A DNA stretch of 64,000 bases. Source: Spirochaetia bacterium. GTDB taxonomy: Bacteria > Spirochaetota > Spirochaetia > SZUA-6 > Bin103. The translations under genes and the position numbers were made by a program. Below are positions 49,685 to 60,500 of the stretch, piece by piece (positions within the stretch are counted from its first letter, which is position 1; the number at the start of each line of letters is the position of its first letter). A model generated the notes under the pieces. It was not told the DNA's origin. It made no database searches and saw only the letters and a program-made list of their open reading frames with translations. The DNA is taken from the NCBI GenBank assembly GCA_965208575.1, contig CBDBOV010000006.1:1376001-1440000 (forward strand), read 5' to 3'.

Positions 49685-50581
49685 ATGAAAATGACGATGA
49701 CTGTCATGGCTACTTCGGCTCACTTCAGAAGCCGTATCCAGGCACTGCACCGGGAGTACGCCAACCTGCGGCACGGCAAGGAGTCGCTCCTGGCAGTGAT
49801 CGACGAGGTGGAGATCCCGGAGAGCGTGTACAACTCCAACGCCATCGAGAACTCCACGCTCACCCTGGAGGAGACCGAGAAGATCCTGCTCGAGCAGATG
49901 CTGTCCCGCAATGTGTCGGTGCGGGAAGTGTTCGAGGCAGTCAACCTGGCTCGGGTCATCGGGTACCAGCGGAAGAGGTCCGGGGACGCCGATCCGGGCA
50001 AGGAACGAATCCTGCTGTTGCACCGGATGCTCCTCGGAGCGATAGACGACGACATCGCGGGGCGCTTTCGCGGCCCCGGGGAGTACGTGCGGGCAGGTAG
50101 CCACATCGCGCCGGCGCCGGAACAGGTGGAAGGCATGATCGACGAGATACTGTTGCAATACGACAGTAGCCTCGACGCCTACTTCCTGGACAGGATCGCT
50201 CGATTTCACCTGGACTTCGAAGTGATCCATCCCTTTTGCGACGGCAATGGCCGGCTGGGGCGGGTAATCATCAATGCCCAACTGCGGAAGGTGGGGCTGC
50301 CGCCGTTGATCGTTCGCAACTCGGAAAAGCAGACCTACTATCGCGCCTTCCGGGAGTACACCGACCGCAAGCGCACCGCTACCATGGAGCGGATCCTGGC
50401 GCTGGCGCTACTGGAGTCTCTGCACAAGCGGCGGAGTTACCTGCTGGGGCAACGCATCACTACGCTGTCCGACTACATCAGACAGGAAGGCCGGTCCGCC
50501 CCGGCCGTCACCAACGCCGCCCGCCGCCAGACAATTCCAGCGTTTCGCGAAAAGGGAGTGTGGAAGATCGGCCAGCCATGA
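49685..50581 (+). CDS. Fic-domain protein
   Basis: VYNSNAIENSTLT and canonical HPFCDGNGRLGR. Confidence 0.93.
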   Translation: MKMTMTVMATSAHFRSRIQALHREYANLRHGKESLLAVIDEVEIPESVYNSNAIENSTLTLEETEKILLEQMLSRNVSVREVFEAVNLARVIGYQRKRSGDADPGKERILLLHRMLLGAIDDDIAGRFRGPGEYVRAGSHIAPAPEQVEGMIDEILLQYDSSLDAYFLDRIARFHLDFEVIHPFCDGNGRLGRVIINAQLRKVGLPPLIVRNSEKQTYYRAFREYTDRKRTATMERILALALLESLHKRRSYLLGQRITTLSDYIRQEGRSAPAVTNAARRQTIPAFREKGVWKIGQP

Positions 50582-52653
50582 GTAACTGGATCACGCGGGT
50601 GGCGACCGACGTCGGCGGCACGTTCACGGACCTGGTCAGATTCGACGTCGATCCCGCGTCGGGCCGGTCGCGGGTGACCACGGCGAAGACGGCGACCACT
50701 CCGCCGGAGTTCGAACGCGGCGTGATCGAGGTGCTGAGCAAGGGCGGCGTGGCGCTGCCCGAGATCGATTTTCTCGCCCACGGCACGACCGTCGTCATCA
50801 ACGCGCTCACCGAGCGCAGGGGGGCGAAGGTGGGGCTGATCACCACCGCGGGGTTCCGCGACACGCTGGAGATCGCCCGCGGCAACCGCCCCGACCTGTT
50901 CAACCTGCACTACCGCAAGCCGCAGCCGTTCGTGCCGCGCTACCTGCGCCGCGAGCTGCCGGGCCGGATCAACTACCGCGGCATGGAAGTGCGGCCGCTC
51001 GACCTGTCGCCGCTGGCGGCGATCGTCGCGGACTTCCGTTCCGCCGGCGTGGAGGCGGTGGCGATCTGCTTCCTGCACTCGTACGCAAACGATGCGCACG
51101 AACGCGCCGCCGAGGCGGAGGTGCGGCGGCTGTGGCCCGGCGTATACGCGGTGTCGTCGCATACCATCGTGCGCGAGTGGCGCGAGTATGAGCGCACCAG
51201 TACGACGGTGCTGTCCGCCTTTGTGCAGCCGACCGCGGAACGCTACCTGCGCCGCCTGAGCGACGGCCTCGCCAGCCGGGGGTTCGCCGGCAGTCCTTTC
51301 GTGATGCAGTCCAACGGCGGCGTCGATTCGCTGCAGGCCGCGGCGCGGACGCCGATCACGATGATCGAATCGGGACCCTCCTCCGGCGTGCGGGGCGCCG
51401 CCGAGCTCGGTGCGCTGATCGGCGATGCGAACGTCATCGCCCTGGACATCGGCGGCACCACGGCGAAGTGCTCGCTCATCGACCGGGGCAACATCAGGAT
51501 CGTGAGCGACTACTGGATCGGGCGCGACCGCCGGTCGGCGGGCTACCCGGTGATGGTGCCGGTGGTCGACATGGTGGAGATCGGCAACGGCGGCGGTTCG
51601 ATAGCCTGGGCCGACGGCTTCGGCAAGCTGCACGTGGGGCCGCGTTCGGCGGGCGCGGTCCCCGGTCCGGCCGCCTACGGCATGGGAGGCCGTGACGCGA
51701 CCACCACCGACGCCAACCTGTGGCTGGGAAGGATCAACCGCGACTACTTCTGCGGCGGCGAGCTGGACGCGGACATGGACGCCGTGGAAGCGGCGCTGCG
51801 GGAGGTGGGCGGCCGGCTCGGCCTCGGGCCCGACCAGGCGGCCGCCGGCATCGTCCGGATCGCCAACAACAACATGGTCAACGCGCTCAAGCTGGTGTCG
51901 CTCAACCGGGGGTTCGACCCGCGCGAGTTCACGCTGGTCGCGTTCGGCGGCGGCGGTGGCATGCACGCGGTCGCGCTCGCCGCCGAGCTCGGCATCGCCA
52001 AGGTGGTGATACCGGCGGACGCGGCCGTGTTCTCGGCGTGGGGAATGATGATGTCCGACCTGCGCCGCGACTACATCGCGACGCGCCTGCTGGAGCTGGT
52101 TCCCGACAACGCGGCCGCGATCGAGAGCGCGCTGGCGGAGACCGAGGAGGAGGCGCGGGCACGGTTCCGGCGCGAAGGCGTCGCTCGCGGGCGCCTGTCG
52201 TTCCGGAGGTCCGGCAGGTTCCGCTACCAGAACCAGGAACACACCACCGAGGTCGCGCTCGGGGAGGGCGCGGTGACGGCGGACCGCGTGCGCGCAATCA
52301 GGGGCGCGTTCGAACGGGAATACGAACGCGAGTACACGTACCGCCTGGACGCTCCCGTGGAGATGGTCGGAATCCACGTCACGGCCACGGCAGCGGTGGG
52401 CCGCGTGCAGATGGAGCGGCAGGAACCCGGCCCGGAGAGCGCGGCCGGGGCGCACAAGGGTGCCAGGAAGGTCGACTTCGCACCGGAGGGGGCGTTCGAG
52501 ACCGCGATCTACGACGGCGCCGGGCTCCGGCCGGGCATGCGCTTCCCCGGTCCGGCAATCGTCGAGCATCCGGCGTCGACCGTGGTCGTGCACCGCGGCA
52601 ACGACGCGCAGGTGGACGGCTACGGCAACGTGGTCATCCACACCCATGCGTGA
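50578..52653 (+). CDS. Hydantoinase/oxoprolinase subunit A
   Basis: DVGGTFTD, HGTTVVINAL, REYERTST, ESGPSSG, DIGGTT and SAGAVPGPA motifs. Confidence 0.93.
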   Translation: MSNWITRVATDVGGTFTDLVRFDVDPASGRSRVTTAKTATTPPEFERGVIEVLSKGGVALPEIDFLAHGTTVVINALTERRGAKVGLITTAGFRDTLEIARGNRPDLFNLHYRKPQPFVPRYLRRELPGRINYRGMEVRPLDLSPLAAIVADFRSAGVEAVAICFLHSYANDAHERAAEAEVRRLWPGVYAVSSHTIVREWREYERTSTTVLSAFVQPTAERYLRRLSDGLASRGFAGSPFVMQSNGGVDSLQAAARTPITMIESGPSSGVRGAAELGALIGDANVIALDIGGTTAKCSLIDRGNIRIVSDYWIGRDRRSAGYPVMVPVVDMVEIGNGGGSIAWADGFGKLHVGPRSAGAVPGPAAYGMGGRDATTTDANLWLGRINRDYFCGGELDADMDAVEAALREVGGRLGLGPDQAAAGIVRIANNNMVNALKLVSLNRGFDPREFTLVAFGGGGGMHAVALAAELGIAKVVIPADAAVFSAWGMMMSDLRRDYIATRLLELVPDNAAAIESALAETEEEARARFRREGVARGRLSFRRSGRFRYQNQEHTTEVALGEGAVTADRVRAIRGAFEREYEREYTYRLDAPVEMVGIHVTATAAVGRVQMERQEPGPESAAGAHKGARKVDFAPEGAFETAIYDGAGLRPGMRFPGPAIVEHPASTVVVHRGNDAQVDGYGNVVIHTHA

Positions 52654-52747
52654 GGGGGACCGGTACCGTGACCGTACGAGAACATGACCCGATCACTATC
52701 GGAGTCGCGTGGAGCCCGCTGCAGGCGGCTGCCGAAGGGACCATCCG

Positions 52748-54412
52748 ATGACCGCGCGCAAGCATGACCCGATTACCCTCGAGATCATTCAGAACTCGGT
52801 GCAGGCGGCGGCCGACGAGATGTTCGCGGCCATGCGCCGAACGGCGATGAGCTCGATCATCTACGAGGTGCTCGACCTGGGCACCGGCATCCTGGACGCG
52901 CGCGGAGAGATCGCCTCCTCCGGCGCCGGGATCCCCGCCTTCATCGGCGTGCTCGACAAGTCGGTGAAGTTCATCGCCGCCAGGTTCGACCGGCCCGGCG
53001 GCGTCGAGCCGGGGGACGTGTTCGCCACCAACGATCCCTACTACGGCGGCGTCACGCACCTCAGCGACATCGTGGTGATGATGCCGGTGTTTCACCGCGG
53101 ACGGCTGATCGCCTGGACCGCCACCATCGCCCACCACTCCGACGTGGGGGGCATGGCGCCGGGGTCGCTGACCGGGGAGGCCACGTCGATTTTCCAGGAG
53201 GGCGTGCGGCTGCCGGCGATCAAGATCATCGCGCGGGGCGAGACCAACGAACCGGTGCTGCAGATCATCAAGGTCAACTCGCGCATGCCGGACGTGCTCG
53301 AAGGCGACCTGTGGGCCTCGATCGCCTCGGTACGGGTCGGGGCGAGGAGGATCGAGGCGCTCGCGGACAAGTACGGCACCGACACGTTCACGGCCGCGAT
53401 CGAGAGTATCATGGAGTTGGGCGAGCAGGCGTCGCTGCGCGCGCTCGCGAAGCTGCCCGCGGGCACGTGCGAACTCGCGGAAGAACAGGACAACGGCCAG
53501 ATCTACCACGTCCGCATCACCATTGCCGCGGACCGGTTCACGGTCGACCTGCGCAACAACCCCGACCAGCTCGCCGGGCCGCTGAACACCAGCCGCGACA
53601 GCGCCATGGTCGCCGCGCAGATGATCTTCAAGTCGCTCACCGATCCCGACACGCCGGCGAACGGCGGTTCGTTCCGTCCGGTCGAGCTGTTGACGCGCAC
53701 GGGCACCGTGTTCGATGCGCGCGAGCCGGCCGCGCTCGGCTTCTACTACGAGATCGGGCTGCGCGTGTACGACCTGATGTGGCGCTGCCTGGCGAATCAC
53801 GTGCCCGACCGCCTGGCGGCGGGCCACTTCGCGTCGATCTGCGGCACCTTCATCGGCGGCATCCATCCCGACACCGGGCGCCAGTACACGGTGATCGAAC
53901 CGCAGCTCGGCGGCTGGGGGGCGCGCACGGGCGGCGACGGCAACACGGCGATGTTCAGCGGATTCCACGGCGAGACCTACCATTGCCCCGCCGAGGTGAC
54001 CGAGGCGCGCAACGGCCTGATCGTCGACCAGATGCGGTTGAACACGGAGCCGGGCGGCGAGGGCCGGCACGCCGGCGGCCGCGGCATCGTGCTGGACTAC
54101 CGGGTGCGGTCCGAGAACGGGTTTCTGACCGCGGGCTACACGCGCTCGAAGTTTCCCGCCTGGGGCGTGGACGGCGGCCGCGACGGGTCGCCCAACTACA
54201 TCGAGTTCATTCCCAAGGTGGGCGAGCGGCGGCGATTCGCCCACGTGTCGGAGTTGGCCACCGGCACCGACGACGTGATCCGCGTGTTCACCGGCAGCGG
54301 CGGCGGCTGCGGCGACCCGCGCGAGCGCGACCCCGAGCTGGTGCGCGCCGACGTGCGCAACGGCCTGCTGTCGCCGCAGCACGCCCGCGACGTGTACGGC
54401 GTGGAAGTGTGA
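52748..54412 (+). CDS. Hydantoinase B/oxoprolinase
   Basis: DPITLEII, NDPYYGGVTHLSD, HHSDVGG..PGS, FQEG and GGGCGDP motifs. Confidence 0.93.
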   Translation: MTARKHDPITLEIIQNSVQAAADEMFAAMRRTAMSSIIYEVLDLGTGILDARGEIASSGAGIPAFIGVLDKSVKFIAARFDRPGGVEPGDVFATNDPYYGGVTHLSDIVVMMPVFHRGRLIAWTATIAHHSDVGGMAPGSLTGEATSIFQEGVRLPAIKIIARGETNEPVLQIIKVNSRMPDVLEGDLWASIASVRVGARRIEALADKYGTDTFTAAIESIMELGEQASLRALAKLPAGTCELAEEQDNGQIYHVRITIAADRFTVDLRNNPDQLAGPLNTSRDSAMVAAQMIFKSLTDPDTPANGGSFRPVELLTRTGTVFDAREPAALGFYYEIGLRVYDLMWRCLANHVPDRLAAGHFASICGTFIGGIHPDTGRQYTVIEPQLGGWGARTGGDGNTAMFSGFHGETYHCPAEVTEARNGLIVDQMRLNTEPGGEGRHAGGRGIVLDYRVRSENGFLTAGYTRSKFPAWGVDGGRDGSPNYIEFIPKVGERRRFAHVSELATGTDDVIRVFTGSGGGCGDPRERDPELVRADVRNGLLSPQHARDVYGVEV

Positions 54413-54425
54413 GGAGGAGTCCGAA

Positions 54426-55235
54426 ATGGCACACGGCGGTCCGCTGAAGGTGATGTACCTGAACCCGGTCGGCACGCCCGACTACGACGAGGTGTTCGCC
54501 GCCATGGCGCGGGGCGTGAAGCTCCCCGGCACCGAGGTGCACATCACCTCGCTGAAGCCGGTCGACGGCGCGTTCACCCACATCGAGTACCGCTCCTACG
54601 AGGCGGTCGTCTCGACCGGCATCGTCCGGGCCGCGCGCGCGGCCGCCGCGGAGGGGTTCGACGCGCTGGCCATCGGCTGCTTCTACGACACGGCCTTGCT
54701 CGACGCGCGCGAGGTGTCCGGCGCCATGGTGGTGACGGCGCCGTGCGCGGCCGCGCTGGAGATCGCGGCGAGCCTCGCCAACCGGTTCGGCATTATCGTC
54801 GGGCGCCGCAAGTGGGTGCACCAGATGCACGCCACGGTGCGCGACAACGGCATGGCCGAGCGGCTGAGCGGCTTCTACGCGGTGGAGTTGGGCGTGAACG
54901 ACTTCCAGACCGATCACGCCGAAACCGAGCGGCGCCTCGCGGCAGCCGGCAGGAAGGCGATCGAGGAAGACTACGCCGAGGCGCTCATCCTCGGATGCAC
55001 CCTGGAGATCGGCTTCCACGACCGGCTCTCGCAGGCGCTCGGCGTGCCCGTGATCGACCCGTCGATCGCCGCGCTGAAGCGCGCCGAGTACGCCGCCGAA
55101 CTGAAGCGCACGTGCGGCTGGAAACCGAGCCGCCGCTGGTCCTGCGAGCCCCCTCCGGAAGCCGAGATCGCCGCCTTCGGCATCATCGGCGACCCCAACG
55201 TGTTCGGCAACCGGCTCGTGGTCGCCGCGGAGTAG
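54426..55235 (+). CDS. Asp/Glu/hydantoin racemase family protein
   Basis: Catalytic cysteines in IGCFYD and LILGCT; GVPVIDP. Confidence 0.88.
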   Translation: MAHGGPLKVMYLNPVGTPDYDEVFAAMARGVKLPGTEVHITSLKPVDGAFTHIEYRSYEAVVSTGIVRAARAAAAEGFDALAIGCFYDTALLDAREVSGAMVVTAPCAAALEIAASLANRFGIIVGRRKWVHQMHATVRDNGMAERLSGFYAVELGVNDFQTDHAETERRLAAAGRKAIEEDYAEALILGCTLEIGFHDRLSQALGVPVIDPSIAALKRAEYAAELKRTCGWKPSRRWSCEPPPEAEIAAFGIIGDPNVFGNRLVVAAE

Positions 55236-55261
55236 CCGGCGTGCCGAGTGCCGGGGCGGCG

Positions 55262-56578
55262 ATGCCCGCCCGCCCCAACATCGTGTTCGTCTTCTCCGAT
55301 CAGCACCGGGCGCGGACGACCGGCTACGAGGGCGCAGCCGTCGCCACTCCGGCGATGGACCGCCTGGCGGCGGAGGGCGTGGTGTTCGACACGGCGGTCT
55401 CCACCATCCCCGTGTGCACGCCGTGGCGCGCCGCGCTGCTCACCGGGCAGTACCCGCTCACCAGCGGGTTGTTTCTCAACGACGTGCGGCTGCCTACCGA
55501 CCGGCTTACCCTCGGCACGATCCTGCGCGATGCCGGCTACGACACCGCGTACATCGGCAAGTGGCACCTGGACGGCAACCGCCGCGGCGCGTTCACGCCG
55601 CCCGGCCCGCGCCGGCAGGGGTTCCGGTTCTGGGCCGCCGCCAACTGCACGCACGACTACCTGCGATCGTTCTACTACCGGGACACGCCGGAGCGGCTGT
55701 GGTGGGACGGCTACGACGCCGCGGCGCAGACCGACATGGCCGTTGACTACATCGCCTCGCGGCGCGCGGGCGAGCCGTTCGCCCTGCTGCTCTCCTGGGG
55801 GCCGCCGCACAACCCCTACCGCGACCTGCCGCGGGAGTACCTGGACCGCTATCCCGCGGCGGACGTCGAGGTCCCGGCGAACTGCCCGGACCCGGTCCGC
55901 GACGACCTCGCCGGGTATTGCGCCCACGTCACCGCGCTGGACGAGCAACTTGCCCGCATCGACGCCGCCATCGACGCGGCCGGGCTGCGTGACGATACCA
56001 TCCTCGTCTACACCTCCGACCACGGCGACATGCTCGGTTCGCACGGGATGACCCGCAAGCAGCACCCCTGGGACGAGTCGATCCGGGTGCCGTTTCTCCT
56101 GCGCTGCCCGGACCAGGCGGGCCGCGGGCGCCACCTCTCGTTTCCGTTCGGCGTGGTGGACATCCTGCCGACGCTGCTCGGCCTGGCCGGCGTGCCGGTT
56201 CCCGATACCGTGGAGGGCCGCGACCTGTCGCCGGCCATCCGCGGCGAGCCGTTCGCGGAGCCGGAGTTCGCCCTCACCATGTGCATCGCCCCGTTCGCGG
56301 AATACGTCGGGCCGCCCTGGCGCGGCGTGCGCTCCGCCCGCCACAGCTACGCGCGCTGGCTGGACGGCCGCGGCATCCTGCATGACACCGCGGCCGACCC
56401 CGACCAACTCGCCAACCGCTACGGCAATCCCGCATGCGCCGCCCTGCAGCGCCGCCTGGAGGACGCCCTGCAGCAGCTCCTCGCCGAGCGCGGCGACCCG
56501 TTCCTGCCCGCCGCCCACTACATCGAGCGCCACGGATTTACCGTCGACGAGCGCGGCGCCGTTCCCTACACCCGGTGA
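55262..56578 (+). CDS. Sulfatase (Cys-type)
   Basis: PNIVFVFSDQHR, CTPWRAALLTG, GKWHL and TSDHGD motifs. Confidence 0.93.
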   Translation: MPARPNIVFVFSDQHRARTTGYEGAAVATPAMDRLAAEGVVFDTAVSTIPVCTPWRAALLTGQYPLTSGLFLNDVRLPTDRLTLGTILRDAGYDTAYIGKWHLDGNRRGAFTPPGPRRQGFRFWAAANCTHDYLRSFYYRDTPERLWWDGYDAAAQTDMAVDYIASRRAGEPFALLLSWGPPHNPYRDLPREYLDRYPAADVEVPANCPDPVRDDLAGYCAHVTALDEQLARIDAAIDAAGLRDDTILVYTSDHGDMLGSHGMTRKQHPWDESIRVPFLLRCPDQAGRGRHLSFPFGVVDILPTLLGLAGVPVPDTVEGRDLSPAIRGEPFAEPEFALTMCIAPFAEYVGPPWRGVRSARHSYARWLDGRGILHDTAADPDQLANRYGNPACAALQRRLEDALQQLLAERGDPFLPAAHYIERHGFTVDERGAVPYTR

Positions 56579-56788
56579 AGCGTTGCTCGATTGGAGTGCT
56601 GTCTTCGGACAACGGCGGTGGTGTAGGGTGCGTCTGGATGTTTCGTCTTGTGCCGCGCCGCGGATGGCGGCCGTCGCCAGTGTTGCCGTCGCCTTGCCGG
56701 CACACGTGTCCCCACCACCACGGAGCCTTGGCTCGCCGGCTCGGTGAGCGTTGCGCCCGCCCGTCGCGGTCGCGGCAGCCGTCGACCG

Positions 56789-57205
56789 ATGACGGGGCAG
56801 CAGGGCTGTTACCTGGCGAAGGCCGAGCGGGACACCTGGGCCGGGCGCCTCGCCGACGTCTCCGGAAGCGCACCCTTGGCTGAGCAGCTCGAGCTGCTGT
56901 TCGAGTGGGAGTCAGCCGCGCCAGGACGGCCCGCTCCGGATCGGTCGGCGAGCGGAACACGGGGCCAATCCGGCCGGTCGCGACGAATTCGACAGCGCAG
57001 CCGGACAGAGGTCGCTCACAGCGGCGCCGCAACGGCTCCGCGGGAGCAGTCCTCGCTGGGCGCCGAGCCCACCGCCATTCCGGCGCAGTGCCCGGTGGTG
57101 GGCCGGCCGGTCTGTTACTACGCCGATTGCCACCACTACCAGGGAGGCGGCTGCGTCCACCCGGAGGCCGCAAGGCCGCGGCGGCGGCGGCGACGGCCGC
57201 GGTGA
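56789..57205 (+). CDS. Hypothetical protein with Cys/His-rich C-terminus
   Basis: CPVVGRPVCYYADCHHYQGGGCVHP; the frame looks coding-like. Confidence 0.45.
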   Translation: MTGQQGCYLAKAERDTWAGRLADVSGSAPLAEQLELLFEWESAAPGRPAPDRSASGTRGQSGRSRRIRQRSRTEVAHSGAATAPREQSSLGAEPTAIPAQCPVVGRPVCYYADCHHYQGGGCVHPEAARPRRRRRRPR

Positions 57206-57595
57206 CATACGCCCGGTCATGACAGCCGCGGCGCTGCCCGGCCAACCGTGAGCGCGCTCCGGCATTGCGGCACGTGGCGCCGCCGCCGGCCCGGCGGCAA
57301 GCTACCGCGGCATGCCGGGCGGGCCGCGGAGAGTCCGGAGCCGGCGGCGGCGTTCCGCGAGGCGGCGCCGGCGTGGCGCCGCGCCGGCAAGGAGATGCGC
57401 GCCGTGGCAAGCGAGGCGCGCCACTACGAGCCGGTCCGCGCCGCTGTCCAAACTGGGCCGGATCGTGCCGGCGCTGCTCCAGCTCAGCAAGGGGCGGGCG
57501 AAGACTCGGTTTCGTTACCTGAACCGTGGCCGGTGCCAGTGGTAAGATAGTGGGTGGAGCCACGCCTCCCGTCGTGGCCCGCCGGACTTGCTGCC

Positions 57596-60500
57596 ATGGC
57601 ACGCAACTACACCCTCCTCCTGCACGACACCGTGCGCGCCCACGTGATGTCCCTGGACGCCCGAGCCAGGCATCGCCTGCGTGAGAAACTGGAGTTCCTG
57701 CAGGAGGGCCTGTGGGACGCCGGTGTGCGGGTCAAGAAGCTCAAGGGCAGCGGCCGCGCGGTGTTCGAGGCGCGCCTCAGCCGCGGCGACCGCATCCTTT
57801 TCACGCTCGGCGAGCCGCCGGACGCGGATGCGAGTGGCAGTGGCGCCGGGGCTACCCGCATCTACGTGTGGGGGGTGGTGAAGCACGACGACGTGAACGC
57901 CGTCGCCGAGCGCCGCATCGTCCCCACCAACGCGCCGTTTCTGGACTTCGAGCCGGCGCAGGTGGAGGAGTTGCCCGATCTGGTCGCCGACGACCTGGGC
58001 GGCGACTACTTCTCACCGGCGCTGGACCAGCCGATGGCCGTACCGGTGGCCGGGCGCGGCGCGGTCGCTCACGGCGAGCCGCTCGACGGAGCGTCCGGAG
58101 ACGCCGGCCCGCAGCGCTGGCTGGTGGTGGACGAGGAGGAGTGGCGCCGCCTGCAGGCCGCCCACCAGGGCGATCATCTCGAACTGTACCTGTTCCTGAC
58201 CCGAGAGCAGGCGCGGCTGCTGCACAGCGAGCCGCCGCTGCTGTTGTCCGGCACTGCCGGCAGCGGCAAGACCACCGTCGCGGTCTACTTCCTGCTGCGC
58301 CACCGGGTGCGCCAGCTCGCTGCCGAGCCGGCCGAGCGTGGAGCACAGTCCGTACCCACCCGCTTGCGGGCGCCCGCTGCATGGGCGCCCGCCCCGGCAG
58401 CGGCCTCTCCGGCTGTCTTGCCTGCCCAGGCGGCGCCGCCGCGGGCCGTCGCGGCGGCGGGCGCACGGGTGAGTGCTTCCGCGGCGGGGACGCCCGCCGC
58501 TACGGGCGATGCCGTACCGGCGGGCGCCGAGCGGGCGTTGTTTCTTACCTGCAGCGCTCACCTGAAGCGGTTTTCCGAGCGCATCTACCGTGGGCTGGTA
58601 AAGGCCACCGAGTTGGAAGACGCGCCCGAGGCGGTGCGCTTCGCGACCCTGAGCGAACTGCTCGGCGAAATCCTGGGCCACGCCGGGCGCCCCGAGTGGC
58701 AGGCGCCGCCGGCCGGGCTGGCCGAGTTCGGCGCCATCCTCCGCAACCACCCCGGCGCCGCCCGCTACGACACGGAGTTAGTGTGGGAGGAGATCCGCTC
58801 CATCATCAAGGGCGCCAAGCCGCCGGTGAGCCGGCGCCGGTTCGCGGAGCTGGCGGCGCGCTTCGTGGCGGCACAGGCGTCGGCGCGCGACCGCGCTGAA
58901 CTGGCCGAATATGTCGTGCGGCTGGCCAACCTGGAGGCGGGCGCCAGGCTCGACGGCGTGCGCGCGCGCAAGACCGCCTTCGGCTCGCTGGAGGAATTCG
59001 CAGCCGGTCTGCGCGACGGCCTGGCGTTGCGCCGCGACGAGCAGTCGTTCCTGCTGGACGCTGCCGGGCGCTTCCTGGACAAGCAGTCGGCGCGTCTCGA
59101 CCAGCCTCTGCTCACCCTGCGCGAGTACGAGGGGTTGGGACACAAGCGCGCGCCGAACTTCCCGTTCGACCGGCGCGACATCCACCGCATCGCCGAGTAC
59201 TACCAGAAGCGGCTGGAGGCGGACGGGCGCTACGACGAGATCGACCAGACGCGTGCCGCGCTGCAGTACCTGGAGCGGCACGGCGATTGGTTCCGTTACG
59301 ACCTGGTGGTGTGCGACGAAGTGCAGGACTTCACCGACATGCAGCTTGCGCTGCTGTTTCGCCTCGCCGGCGACCCGCGCCGCACCGTGCTCACCGGCGA
59401 CCCCAAGCAGATCATCAACCCGAGCGGGTTCCGCTGGGAGGAGGTGCGCGCGCGCTACTACGAGCGCGGCCTGCCGGTGCCGCCGGTGATCAACCTCAGC
59501 ATCAACTTTCGCAGTGTCGGCAATGTCGTCAGCCTGGCCAACGAGGTGCTGTTGCTGAAGCGCGCCCTGATCGGGCTTGGCGGCGGCGAGATTACCGAGC
59601 GCTGGACGTTCCGCGGGCGGCCGCCGCTGCTGGTCGACGGCGTGGCCGAGGCCGGCCTGCTGGAGGCGATCCGCCGCGGCGGAGCGGGCCAGGTGGTGCT
59701 GGTGCGTACCGCGGCGGAGCGGGACCGGGTACGCGCTGTCTTGCAGAGCGAGCTGGTGTTCACCATCGGCGAGGCCAAGGGGCTGGAGTTCGACGCCGTG
59801 CTGCTGTGGCGCTTTCCGACCGCGCTCGGCTCGGCGGCGATCTGGCGGCGCATCGCGGCCGGTCAGGTGCGCGGCGCGGCCGATGCGCCGCATGTCCGCC
59901 ACGAATTGAACCTGCTGTACGTCGCGGTGACGCGGGCGCGCAACACCCTGCTGATCTGGGACGGCGAGCAGGTCAGCCCGATCTGGGGCATCGATGAGCT
60001 CGCCGGCCAGGTGGACCGGTCCGCCGATGCCGCGGACATCGACAACCTGTGGCAGCGGGTGTCCACGCCCGCCGAGTGGCGTGCGCAGGGCGACTACTTC
60101 ATGCAGCGCGAGCGCTTCGCCGCGGCCGAGGAGTGCTACCGCAACGCCCAGGCGGCCACCGAGGAGGAGTTGGCGCGCGCCCACCGGCTGGAGCGGGAGG
60201 GCGAGCTGGAAGCCGCGGCCCGGGTGTTCGTCCGCCTCGGGCGCGTGCCGCGGGCGGCGGAGGGCCTGGAGCGGGCCGGGGCATTCCCAGCCGCCGCGCA
60301 CATGTGGCGCCGCGCCGGCAACGAGATGCGTGCCATGGCGTGCGAGGCGAAACAGGCCGAGGCGGCTGGCGATCACGCCGCGGCGGCGGCGCAATGGCAG
60401 CAACTGGGCGTGGAGGAGGGCGTGCTGCGCAACTGGCAACGGGGTGGCGAACACGGCAAGCTGGCGCAGTTCTACCTGGACCGCAGAATCCCCAGCGAGG

